Part shown: piece by piece, positions 18,996-27,829 of the stretch | Position numbering within the stretch: position 1 is the first letter of the stretch | Layout of the letters: every line of letters starts with the position of its first letter | Assembly: GCA_043747705.1 (NCBI GenBank) | Contig: JAYTOS010000059.1 | Span: forward strand, 1 to 48,669 | DNA from: Bacteroidota bacterium | GTDB taxonomy: Bacteria > Bacteroidota > Bacteroidia > Chitinophagales > Chitinophagaceae | Direction of reading: 5' to 3' | DNA: 48,669 bases | Notes under the pieces: model-generated | What the model saw: the letters and a program-made list of their open reading frames with translations, nothing else | Databases searched by the model: none | What the model was told of the DNA's origin: nothing | Program-made: the position numbers and the translations under genes

Positions 18996-20144
18996 TTGCC
19001 TAACCATTACAACTATATCATCACCGGTGCCGGATGTGCAGGATTAAGTTTGTTGATGCGTATGCTGCAACATCCTTTTTTCGACGACAAGAAAATACTC
19101 GTCATTGATCAATCAAAAAAAATAACCAACGACCGCACCTGGTGTTTCTGGGAAAAAGAACCGGGTATCTTCGAACCGATCATTCACCACCAATGGGCGC
19201 GCGTAAATTTCTTTTCTGGTAGGTATTCCTCCATACTTGACCTTTCACCTTATCAATATAAAATGATACAGGGCATAGACCTGTATTCATATGTGAAGGA
19301 GGCATCTGATAGCCGAACAAATATTGAATGGCGATATGAGATAGTAAAATCAGTCAATAGCAATAAAAATATGGCAACCGTTGAATTGGAATCAAAATCA
19401 TTTACGGCCGACTATATTTTCAACAGTATTTTGTTTGAACAACCTAAAGTTCCGAAAGGAAAATATTATTTGCGACAGCACTTTAAGGGCTGGGTAATAG
19501 AAACGAAAGAACCCCATTTTGATCCTGCACTGGCTACGTTTATGGATTTCAGGGTGAGTCAAAAACACGGAACTACTTTCATATACCTGATGCCAACATC
19601 ATCAACAAGCGCCCTGGTTGAGTATACCCTGTTCACCGAATCACTTTTAGAAAAGGAGGAATATGAAACTGCATTGCGTGAGTATATATCTTCTTATTTG
19701 CACATAACAGATTATACAATTATACATGAAGAGTTTGGCGTAATACCCATGACCAATATGCAATTTCCCTCGCCGGAGGGAAGGGTATTATATACGGGTA
19801 TTGCGGGTGGGCAGGCAAAGGGGAGCAGTGGATATGTTTTTCAGTTCATACAAAAAAGGGCGACGCAGATTATAGAATCATTAGTAACAGGTAAACAGCT
19901 TTCTTTACCAGTAACATGGACTGATAAGAAGTTTCACCTGTACGACAGTGTTTTACTCAATGTGCTGCACAACCGAAAGATGAATGGGGATGAGATTTTT
20001 TCCCGGATTTTTCAAAAAAATCCTCCCCGGCGCGTTTTACGTTTCCTCGATAATGAAAGTAATCTTCGTGAAGATCTGCAAATCATGCGAAGTGTTCCCA
20101 GTGGCATTTTTTTGCCCGCAGCCTTGCAGGAGTTAATCAGATAA
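18996..20144 (+). CDS. crtY: Lycopene beta-cyclase
   Basis: GAGCAGLS, DRTWCFW, QHFKGW, FMDFR, EEFGVIPM, SSGY; TTG start. Confidence 0.85.
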   Translation: MPNHYNYIITGAGCAGLSLLMRMLQHPFFDDKKILVIDQSKKITNDRTWCFWEKEPGIFEPIIHHQWARVNFFSGRYSSILDLSPYQYKMIQGIDLYSYVKEASDSRTNIEWRYEIVKSVNSNKNMATVELESKSFTADYIFNSILFEQPKVPKGKYYLRQHFKGWVIETKEPHFDPALATFMDFRVSQKHGTTFIYLMPTSSTSALVEYTLFTESLLEKEEYETALREYISSYLHITDYTIIHEEFGVIPMTNMQFPSPEGRVLYTGIAGGQAKGSSGYVFQFIQKRATQIIESLVTGKQLSLPVTWTDKKFHLYDSVLLNVLHNRKMNGDEIFSRIFQKNPPRRVLRFLDNESNLREDLQIMRSVPSGIFLPAALQELIR

Positions 20145-20235
20145 AGCCTTAGTGTTACCTTGTGTCTTCGCGCCTTCGTGGTTAAAATTTACCGTAAAGT
20201 CACCTTGATGCAAAGTTTTATTAAGAAAAAAACCA

Positions 20236-21165
20236 ATGAAAAAAATCATTACCCTCACCCTGAACCCTGCTTTGGATAAAAGTATCTACATCCCCGAACT
20301 CGTTCCTGAAAAAAAATTACGGTGCACCCATGCTAAAGTAGAGCCGGGTGGCGGGGGTATCAATGTATCGAGGACCATTCATAAATTGGGTGGCAGCAGC
20401 AAAGCTGTTTATCTGTCGGGTGGTTATACAGGTAAACAATTTGAATCTTTAATAGCTATTGAACATATCCCGTCGGTTGCCTTGCCTATACATGGCGATA
20501 CCCGTGAAAATTTTGTAGTAGTAGATGCATCTTCTAATCTTCAATACCGCTTTGGTATGCAAGGTCCGGATGTATATGAACCTGAATGGGAACAGGTATT
20601 GGCGTATATGAAAGATCAAAGCGACGTAGCGTATATTGTTGCCAGTGGCAGCCTTCCTCCCGGAGTGCCTGTAGATATTTTTGGACGATTGGCTGTGATT
20701 GCCAAACAAAAAAATGCAAAGTTAATTGTTGATACTTCAGGGAAAGCTTTGCAACATGCCGTAAAAGAAGGGGTATTCCTGATCAAACCCAACCTGGGTG
20801 AACTGAGTAATTTGTATGGTAAAGAAAAATTAGTGAATGAAGAAATCGTTACGGCAGCAAGGAGTATAATAGCAGCAGGTGGCTGTGAAATAATAGTAGT
20901 GTCTATGGGTGCCAATGGGGCTATGCTGATAACCAACGACAAGCAGTTTCTGGTAAAGTCACCCAATGTAATGGTACACAGCACGGTGGGCGCAGGTGAT
21001 AGTATGGTGGGGGCAATGGTGCTGGCTTTGTCGCAAAACCGGGATTTGCATGATGTTTTGCGCTATGGTGTAGCCGGTGGTACCGCAGCAACTATGAATT
21101 CAGGTACGGAACTATGTAAAAAAGAAGATACAGAACGTTTATTTAAAGAATTGAAACAACAATAG
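20236..21165 (+). CDS. pfkB: PfkB-family hexose-phosphate kinase (phosphofructokinase II-like)
   Basis: TLTLNP, EPGGGGINV, SGSLPPG, KPNLGE, STVGAGDS. Confidence 0.85.
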   Translation: MKKIITLTLNPALDKSIYIPELVPEKKLRCTHAKVEPGGGGINVSRTIHKLGGSSKAVYLSGGYTGKQFESLIAIEHIPSVALPIHGDTRENFVVVDASSNLQYRFGMQGPDVYEPEWEQVLAYMKDQSDVAYIVASGSLPPGVPVDIFGRLAVIAKQKNAKLIVDTSGKALQHAVKEGVFLIKPNLGELSNLYGKEKLVNEEIVTAARSIIAAGGCEIIVVSMGANGAMLITNDKQFLVKSPNVMVHSTVGAGDSMVGAMVLALSQNRDLHDVLRYGVAGGTAATMNSGTELCKKEDTERLFKELKQQ

Positions 21166-21193
21166 CTTGGTTCTATTATTTTTGCAGCGATTA

Positions 21194-21284
21194 AGAATTT
21201 TTTCACGCAAACACGCATAAGGAGCAAAGCCGCAAAAGAACGGATAGGTGCCTTTGCCTTTTGGCGACTTTATGTGAAATTTCT
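21194..21284. repeat. Long imperfect inverted repeat in tRNA leader (degenerate REP-like)
   Basis: AGAATTTTTTCACGCAAA...TTTATGTGAAATTTCT arms with GCAAAG/CTTTGC inner units. Confidence 0.45.
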
Positions 21285-21359
21285 GGCCTCGTCGTACAAT
21301 GGATAGTATAAGAGTTTCCGAAGCTCCAGATTCAGGTTCGATTCCTGACGAGGCCACCA
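21285..21359 (+). tRNA. tRNA-Arg (anticodon CCG), encoded CCA
   Basis: Acceptor GGCCTCG/CGAGGCC, anticodon loop TTCCGAA, T-arm TCAGG-TTCGATT-CCTGA, ACCA end. Confidence 0.95.
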
Positions 21360-21436
21360 AAAATAAAAAACCTGCAAACGAATGTTTTCAAGTTTTTAAA
21401 TATAATAGTGTTTCTGCATTCCGGTATACGATACGA

Positions 21437-22954
21437 TCATCTCCAAATAGATGTCAATTTGTATAATGTGCCTTTAATAACGTCAGCATTTTTATTTTTT
21501 GGGTACAGTTGAATGGAATTAAATTTTTCAGACGGGAAAAAAATATCTGTCATAGCCACACTCCCCCCATCTGCAAATAATTCTACCGAAGAATGATCTA
21601 TGAACAAATGCATGGTTAGTTTTTTATCTTTTACTAACCTCGGTGCGATATGTTTGGCAGCAAATACTTTTGAAAAAGATACGTCACCACTTTTTATTCG
21701 ATCTATATAATATTGATTGGCGGTCTTATTGAAACCCACCCGGATTTTTTCATTTTTAGAATTAAAAATTTCAATACCAAAATCCGCGATACTGGTTTTT
21801 TCCAGATCAACTGTCAGTTCCATTTCGCCTAATGAAAAAGGGTAAGCTGTCTTGTTTTCAGCAGTAATCTCGTGATTACCGCTTCTGAGCTTTTCTAATT
21901 CTTTAACCGGGTTTGTGAATAACCGGATACCATCAGCTGTTTGTTGCAAACTAATTTCCCTCGGCAATGTCATGGCACTCCGCCAAGTTTGCGTGGGTAC
22001 GGTTTGTGCATATTGCCAGTTACTCATCCAGCCTAAAAATAGCCTTCTGCCTGCGGCGACATTGCTCCAGGTAACGCCGGCATAATTATCGCAACCATAG
22101 TCAAGCCATAACTGTGTTTGTTTTGTGTTGCTGTTTTGAAATGTTTTCCCGTTAAAATCACCAATAAAATATTGTGTGCCACTGCCGCCGTTTGGAGCCC
22201 CGTTGCCAATGCTTACGAGTAATACCCATTTCGTTTGCTGACTGCCAGCAATCTTCATTTCAAAAAGATCCGGGCATTCCCAAACACCACCATGGTTCCC
22301 TTCGTCATTTCCGAATCTGCCGGATAATTGCCAATCTTTTAAATTGGCCGACTGGTAAAACCGGATCTCGTTTCCAGCGGCCATGGTCATGATCCATTTT
22401 TTAGAAACTGCATGCCAGCTCACTTTAGGATCACGAAAATCTTTTATACCGGGGTTTTTGATAATGGGGTTACTCCAGTATTTTTTCCATGTTCTTCCTT
22501 TATCCAGGCTGTAGGCAATTCCCTGTGTTTGAAAATTATTCGTACCTGCTTTTTCGCCCGCCATGTTATGATAGGTAAAAATGGCCACCAGTGGCTTTTC
22601 AGTACCTGTTTGAAACCCGCTGGTATTGTGCTCATCAACGACTACACTTCCCGAAAAAATATATCCCAAAGAATCGGGGTATAAAGCAATGGATAGTTGC
22701 TGCCAATGAACCAGGTCTTTGCTGATGGCGTGCCCCCAATGCATAGGCCCCCAAACAGTGCTGTCTGGATAGTATTGATAAAAAAGATGGTATTCACCTT
22801 TATAATACACCATCCCGTTGGGATCATTCATCCAATGTGCAGGCGGTGAGAAATGAAATTGCGGGCGGTACTTTTCTTTGTAGCTGATGGGTTGACTATT
22901 AGCGGTAAGGCCACAAAGTAACAGGCTTGCTAAGTATATAGACAGGATTCGCAT
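21437..22954 (-). CDS. GH32 beta-fructofuranosidase/levanase, secreted
   Basis: Signal peptide, WMNDPNG, RDP and WECPD catalytic motifs, C-terminal beta-sandwich. Confidence 0.93.
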   Translation of the reverse strand: MRILSIYLASLLLCGLTANSQPISYKEKYRPQFHFSPPAHWMNDPNGMVYYKGEYHLFYQYYPDSTVWGPMHWGHAISKDLVHWQQLSIALYPDSLGYIFSGSVVVDEHNTSGFQTGTEKPLVAIFTYHNMAGEKAGTNNFQTQGIAYSLDKGRTWKKYWSNPIIKNPGIKDFRDPKVSWHAVSKKWIMTMAAGNEIRFYQSANLKDWQLSGRFGNDEGNHGGVWECPDLFEMKIAGSQQTKWVLLVSIGNGAPNGGSGTQYFIGDFNGKTFQNSNTKQTQLWLDYGCDNYAGVTWSNVAAGRRLFLGWMSNWQYAQTVPTQTWRSAMTLPREISLQQTADGIRLFTNPVKELEKLRSGNHEITAENKTAYPFSLGEMELTVDLEKTSIADFGIEIFNSKNEKIRVGFNKTANQYYIDRIKSGDVSFSKVFAAKHIAPRLVKDKKLTMHLFIDHSSVELFADGGSVAMTDIFFPSEKFNSIQLYPKNKNADVIKGTLYKLTSIWR

Positions 22955-23044
22955 ATTGTGTTTCGTCAGTCACGTATAAAATACAGCTGCTGTTTTTTTT
23001 TACTACTAAAGGAAAAGGTGAAGCAGAAGATAATCAAAATATAC

Positions 23045-23401
23045 CTACTGATAAGAATATACCATAGCCATACTCTCCCTTGCCATTTTCTGGTTGTATT
23101 CAAATGCCAGGCGCTTATGATTGATGGTATCTAAAATGGTCCCGATAAAACAAAACCCGCCGGTAAACAGGAACAAAAGGCCCATGCCGGTTTGCCCCAC
23201 CATAAACCGCTGGATACCTGCTACGCAAACAAACCCTAATACGCAACCCAGTAAGATCTGGTCGGTCTTTTTTCGTTTGCCGTTGTACAGGGCGATGAAA
23301 TTTACCATTTGTTCTTCAGTTAATTCTTTAGTGGCCATTTGCAGGTAAACCAGTTCTTCACCTTCAATGGAAGGAATCATGTTGATAAGGTTAGGCTTCA
23401 T
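23045..23401 (-). CDS. TM2 domain membrane protein
   Basis: GIQRFMVGQTGMGLLFLFTGG..IG..LD. Confidence 0.85.
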   Translation of the reverse strand: MKPNLINMIPSIEGEELVYLQMATKELTEEQMVNFIALYNGKRKKTDQILLGCVLGFVCVAGIQRFMVGQTGMGLLFLFTGGFCFIGTILDTINHKRLAFEYNQKMARESMAMVYSYQ

Positions 23402-23678
23402 AAGCGTTGTTTACAGGGTATACCAATTGTTTAATCCTGCTAAATATAACCATTACTCCGAAGATTCCCAATGGGTGGTGATGAAAAGAAGCCGCAAAAT
23501 CCAGGCGCAACGCATAATGGATGGCATGCCCGATACCACAACCCATACAATGCCCTAAACCCAGGAGGCCAGACAAGCATAAAGAAGTGGCTGCTTTATT
23601 TTCCGGGAGAAAAAATAATGCGGTTAGGGCCACTACCCAAAATAGTAATTCAATATGCTTACGGATCCAATGTATCAT
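23391..23678 (-). CDS. DUF2752 domain membrane protein
   Basis: C..LGLGHCMGCG..A and HPLG motifs; overlaps TM2 gene. Confidence 0.78.
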   Translation of the reverse strand: MIHWIRKHIELLFWVVALTALFFLPENKAATSLCLSGLLGLGHCMGCGIGHAIHYALRLDFAASFHHHPLGIFGVMVIFSRIKQLVYPVNNAYEA

Positions 23679-23725
23679 TTTGCGAAAAACTTATTTTTGC
23701 GAAAGTTTAAAAAACATCCCCAAAA

Positions 23726-24304
23726 CTACTTCCCGAATGCGCCAATATTACTGCTGAATATTTTTACCGCAATGGCCAATAATATCACTCCGAAAAATTT
23801 TCTTACCGCCAGTAAACCTGCTGGCCCCAATAACCCTTCAATTAGTTTTAATGATTTTAGTACCAGGTATACCACAATTAAATTAATCATAATGCCTGCA
23901 AGGATATAAGATTCATCAAAATTGGCTTTCAACGACATGATAGTGGTGAGTGTACCGCTGCCTGCAATAATGGGAAAGGCAATGGGAACAACACTTCCCG
24001 ATTTTGCATTTTTATCGCCCTTGAATATTTCATGCCCCAATACCATTTCTAATCCCAATAAAAAAATCACTACAGAACCCCCAACGGCAAAGGAGCGGAT
24101 ATCGAGACCCAATATTTTCAAAAAAGGTTTCCCGGCAAAAAGAAACAATATCATTAATCCGCCCGAAACAAGCGTAGCCTGTAATGAACGGATACCACCT
24201 ATCTTCTCTTTCAAAGAAATTAGCAAGGGTACAGAACCTACAATATCAATTACTGCAAACAAAGTAAACGTTACCGTCAGCAGTTGATCAAGGTGGAAGT
24301 TCAT
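23726..24304 (-). CDS. MarC family membrane protein
   Basis: LFAVIDIVG, PIAFPIIAGSGT, 6 TM helices. Confidence 0.9.
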   Translation of the reverse strand: MNFHLDQLLTVTFTLFAVIDIVGSVPLLISLKEKIGGIRSLQATLVSGGLMILFLFAGKPFLKILGLDIRSFAVGGSVVIFLLGLEMVLGHEIFKGDKNAKSGSVVPIAFPIIAGSGTLTTIMSLKANFDESYILAGIMINLIVVYLVLKSLKLIEGLLGPAGLLAVRKFFGVILLAIAVKIFSSNIGAFGK

Positions 24305-24381
24305 AAATGTGTTTTATTAAAGATAAATGTTTTAAGTAACAGGTGGAATCCGCTTGTCTCTTACGTAGTACTTAAAACTTC

Positions 24382-24984
24382 TCACTTACTCGGTCTATGC
24401 CATTCCTTACCGGCCAATGAAATATTATAGAGTATCTCATGTTGAAAAGTAGTTTTTTCTGAAATTAATTTCACCACACATCCATAATGGCAGGTAAATG
24501 CATCGAAGGATTCCTTAAGTGGGGTATTGGTAATGTGTGCAAGGATACTCCTCAATACTCCACCATGCGCTACAATTACAGCTGGATGGGTTTGCCGGCT
24601 TATCCATTCAAAACGGGCACTTACTCTTTGGTGCATTTGTACATAACTCTCCCCATTGGGCACCTGTATGTTTACAAAATCATCCATCCACGGTTGTATT
24701 TCTGCTTTGGGTATTTCGTCCCATGGCTGCATTTCCCAGTCGCCGCAATTCAACTCCATCAGGTCATCATGTAAGTGTAACTGATGCTGCGGAAAGAGTG
24801 TATTGGCTAATTTTCTGCATCGTTGTAAAGGGCTGCTGTAAACGGTTTGAATATTTTTTGGGAGATAGGGTTTGATACTGGTTACTTCCTGCTCAAATGT
24901 TTCTGTAACATCCAAATCAGTTTGTCCGTAACAAATACCTTTGGCTACTGCGGGGGTGGTGTGCCTGATCAGATAAATCTCCAT
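24382..24984 (-). CDS. cobC: Histidine phosphatase, alpha-ribazole phosphatase-like
   Basis: LIRHT, SSPLQRC, E..CGDWE, GES, HGG; downstream of btuB. Confidence 0.75.
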   Translation of the reverse strand: MEIYLIRHTTPAVAKGICYGQTDLDVTETFEQEVTSIKPYLPKNIQTVYSSPLQRCRKLANTLFPQHQLHLHDDLMELNCGDWEMQPWDEIPKAEIQPWMDDFVNIQVPNGESYVQMHQRVSARFEWISRQTHPAVIVAHGGVLRSILAHITNTPLKESFDAFTCHYGCVVKLISEKTTFQHEILYNISLAGKEWHRPSK

Positions 24985-25035
24985 GGCACGAATTACCTGA
25001 TTTATTGCGAATTATACTCACGTGTGTAGAAAATA

Positions 25036-25093
25036 GTTTGCCACAGATTACACAGATGTTCAAAGAACAACCTGTACCTAACCTGTGGCAAAC
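25036..25093. repeat. REP-like inverted repeat (GTTTGCCACAGATTACACAGAT...AACCTGTGGCAAAC)
   Basis: 11-bp perfect outer arms; same family as 494-538. Confidence 0.65.
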
Positions 25094-25094
25094 A

Positions 25095-25310
25095 TTAAAA
25101 CCTGAAAATATGGTTCCTGTACAACCTGTATTGGAACTGTAGCGTTTGCAGGCAGTCCCCGCATAAACAATCGGTATACTTTTCTTCTATAAATACACGT
25201 TCTTCATAAGTCAGGGTTACCCGGGTACACTGGCATTCTGTAATATTACCCACCTTGCATTCGAAATCACGGGTGCAACGTGCGCATTTTTTGGTTTCGT
25301 GTTGGGGCAT
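25095..25310 (-). CDS. Cysteine-rich CWC family protein (start 25310 preferred)
   Basis: CARC..FEC..CQC..DCLC..CL pattern. Confidence 0.82.
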   Translation of the reverse strand: MPQHETKKCARCTRDFECKVGNITECQCTRVTLTYEERVFIEEKYTDCLCGDCLQTLQFQYRLYRNHIFRF

Positions 25311-25321
25311 AGGGCCAAAGA

Positions 25322-27244
25322 TTACCAATTAAAAGTTGCTCCAATATTGAACATAGATGGGATAGCGTTATAACCCCGCACCTCAAAGAATTTTTTATTG
25401 GTGATATTCTGTATATCTGCAAACACTTTCAGGCAGTTGCGGAACTTATATTCTGCATAAGCACCGAGTAAGAAATAACTGTCTAATAAGATGTCGGCTT
25501 TTTTATATGCACCCACATCATAGCGGTTGCTTACATATTTACCGCTGATACTTGCATACAGCCCTTTGGTAAACTGGTAACCTGTGCTAATGTTTATACT
25601 ATGTGTTGGCCTTCGCAAAGAATAATTGTAAGTAGTGTCTTTAAAATTAATGCGGCTCTGTGTAGTTTCCTGTGCCGTAATAAAAGTGTAGTTGGCATTC
25701 AGGGTAAGGTGTTCAGCAGGTTGAAAATTTACCTCATACTCAATACCCCTGGTAGTCTGGTTTACATAGTTGAAATATTTAAAAGTATTGGAATTATAAT
25801 CAATGCCATTGTCTGTTTGCCGGTAGAAAAATACAATCCTGTCGCTGAATTTCTTATAAGTATGTTGCAGACCTGCCTCATAATTAGTGGAGACTTCCGC
25901 TTTCAGGTCAATATTCCCGCTGCTTGAATAGAGCTGATATAAAGATGGTGCTTTAAAACCCGTGGCAATACTTCCAAAGATCCGGTAGTGCTCATTAAAT
26001 GTATAAGATGGATTGAATGTATACGTATAATGTGTTCCGTAACGGGAATGATTCGTTAACCTGCCACCAGCCTCAACAGAAAATTTTGTATTGTTGAAAT
26101 GAAGGGAAGTATAAACCGATTGCTGGTTCATGGAGGTATCATTGAATTTACTATTATACGGGCCGAAAGAACTTACCGAACTGTACTGGTTATTCATCGA
26201 ACCATAGCGGTAATCTACCCCACTTAATAAAGTAAAACCATTGCCCAGCTTTACAGAAGTATATAATTCTGCGAATTGTGAAACTGCATCATAATCATTC
26301 ATAGAAAAAATGGGCGCTCCAATGGATGCATTGTCATCATAACTCCGGTGTTGTTTTGTGTACTGGTAATTACCTGTAAAAGACAATGACTGGTTTTTAA
26401 AAACAAATCCCGCACCTGAGGTATGGTTCTTGTTGTTAATATCATAAAAAGCCTTGTCAGTAAAAGCACCTGCATCAATTCCGGCTTTGTATTCGCTGTA
26501 TTGGCTGAATGCTTTAAGTACCAGTTTTTTGTTAGCATGGTATTGCAGGGCTGCGTTTAATACATTACCTAAATAGGCATCGCGGTCATAATTCTTGCTA
26601 CCAGTGCTGTCGTATGCAGCAGAGAAACCATTGGATTGTAACCTTGCATATCGGGCAGTATAGGTAAACTTATCTGTTTTGCCATAAAACTGCAGGTTGG
26701 TTTTAAGCGTGCCAAAACTGCCGGCAGTTACGGTAGCTTTTATATTTGCCGGCTTGGTAATATTTTCTTTGGTGGTTATGATATTGATTACCCCGGCAAT
26801 CGCATCACTTCCATACAGGGTTGATTGTGCGCCTTTACAAATTTCGATCCTTTCTACATCGTTAATAGAGAAAAAATTCAGATCAAAATCATTGTTGATC
26901 TGTGATGGGTCATTTACCGGAATGCCGTCCATCAGTATCAAAGTGCGGCCCGATCCGCCACCCCGCATGAATACTGTTTGAACACTTCCTGCATTACTAA
27001 GGGCACCATTAATGGTAATACCTGCCTGTTCATTCAGTAACTGTGCTACGGTTTTGCCGGTACTTTTTTCAATCTGCGCTTTGGTAATTACGGTAATAAC
27101 CTTACCGGTAGTGCTTTGTTTCTGTTCTGTTTTGTTGGCGGTAACCACCACTTCATCCAATATACCAGTTTGGATGGTGTCTTTTTGTGCAAAGGCACTG
27201 CCTGTTATCAGCAGTACTGCGAGGAGCGTTAATGTTTTGCTCAT
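25322..27244 (-). CDS. btuB: TonB-dependent vitamin B12 receptor
   Basis: TonB box DEVVVTA, plug motif IEICKGAQSTLYGSDAIAGVINIIT, C-terminal aromatic residue; preceded by cobalamin riboswitch. Confidence 0.88.
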   Translation of the reverse strand: MSKTLTLLAVLLITGSAFAQKDTIQTGILDEVVVTANKTEQKQSTTGKVITVITKAQIEKSTGKTVAQLLNEQAGITINGALSNAGSVQTVFMRGGGSGRTLILMDGIPVNDPSQINNDFDLNFFSINDVERIEICKGAQSTLYGSDAIAGVINIITTKENITKPANIKATVTAGSFGTLKTNLQFYGKTDKFTYTARYARLQSNGFSAAYDSTGSKNYDRDAYLGNVLNAALQYHANKKLVLKAFSQYSEYKAGIDAGAFTDKAFYDINNKNHTSGAGFVFKNQSLSFTGNYQYTKQHRSYDDNASIGAPIFSMNDYDAVSQFAELYTSVKLGNGFTLLSGVDYRYGSMNNQYSSVSSFGPYNSKFNDTSMNQQSVYTSLHFNNTKFSVEAGGRLTNHSRYGTHYTYTFNPSYTFNEHYRIFGSIATGFKAPSLYQLYSSSGNIDLKAEVSTNYEAGLQHTYKKFSDRIVFFYRQTDNGIDYNSNTFKYFNYVNQTTRGIEYEVNFQPAEHLTLNANYTFITAQETTQSRINFKDTTYNYSLRRPTHSINISTGYQFTKGLYASISGKYVSNRYDVGAYKKADILLDSYFLLGAYAEYKFRNCLKVFADIQNITNKKFFEVRGYNAIPSMFNIGATFNW

Positions 27245-27371
27245 TGTTTTGGTTTTTTTAAATGGAACAATGAGCTTTCAGGAAAATAAAAAAACGGAGA
27301 AATATAAATTGCCGCTGCAGCAGCAGTTTAAATTCCATGCTTTTCACCCGAAAGCCGTGAATAATCAGTTT

Positions 27372-27600
27372 GTATGTGGCAGGTCTTCTGGCTTGCTCTC
27401 TGTTGAATACCTTCCCATCCCTTTATGGAACAGTGGTTTGAAGATTCAACAGGCATATCGTGAATGGTGAGACGTGAAGCGTGAGGTTATTTTCACTACT
27501 TACAGCTAACTATTTACGAAAAGAGCTTACAGCTACGGGGATAGCGCCGGAATCGCACCGGACTTCCCTTTTAATCCCGCTTTAGGCAGGAACCAAATAC
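27372..27600 (-). ncRNA. Cobalamin riboswitch
   Basis: On minus strand: GGTTC..AAAAGGGAAGTCCGGTGCGATTCCGGCGCTATCCCCGTAGCTGTAA..CCACTG..GGGAAG..AAGCCAGAAGACCTGCC B12 box; upstream of btuB. Confidence 0.95.
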
Positions 27601-27604
27601 GGTG

Positions 27605-27612
27605 CAAATGTA
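27605..27612 (-). promoter_or_regulatory. Sigma-A -7 element TACATTTG for riboswitch-btuB transcript
   Basis: Exact TAnnTTTG immediately 5' of riboswitch P1. Confidence 0.7.
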
Positions 27613-27682
27613 ATTGCGAACACAATAAGCCAATGTTTTATTGTCGGCAAGTTGTACACGCATGGTTGAAAACTTACGGATC

Positions 27683-27779
27683 GTGAGTAGTGAGTAGTAA
27701 ATGGTGAGTTGTGAGTTGTGAGTGAAGAGATGACGAATAAAAAATACTCACCACTCCCGATTCACCATTCACCATTCAC
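27683..27779. repeat. Heptamer tandem-repeat hairpin element
   Basis: GTGAGTA/GTGAGTT units then CTCACCA/TTCACCA units; same family as 14605-14686. Confidence 0.78.
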
Positions 27780-27829
27780 CTTTCCCGTTTATCATAAGTT
27801 TCCTACATTTAAACCCATACGCTATCGAT

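Noticed and set aside
20147-20188. CTTCGCGCCTTCGTGG-type half repeat after crtY, and weak inverted repeats near 6845-6890 and 17725-17795
   Set aside because: Too degenerate to define arms or family reliably
21139-21360. 73-aa minus-strand ORF
   Set aside because: Antisense shadow of tRNA-Arg
21285-23045. Genomic island or prophage integrated at tRNA-Arg
   Set aside because: No integrase, no duplicated tRNA 3' end and no phage genes seen
27012-27470. 152-aa plus-strand ORF
   Set aside because: Antisense to btuB and the riboswitch; no recognisable motifs
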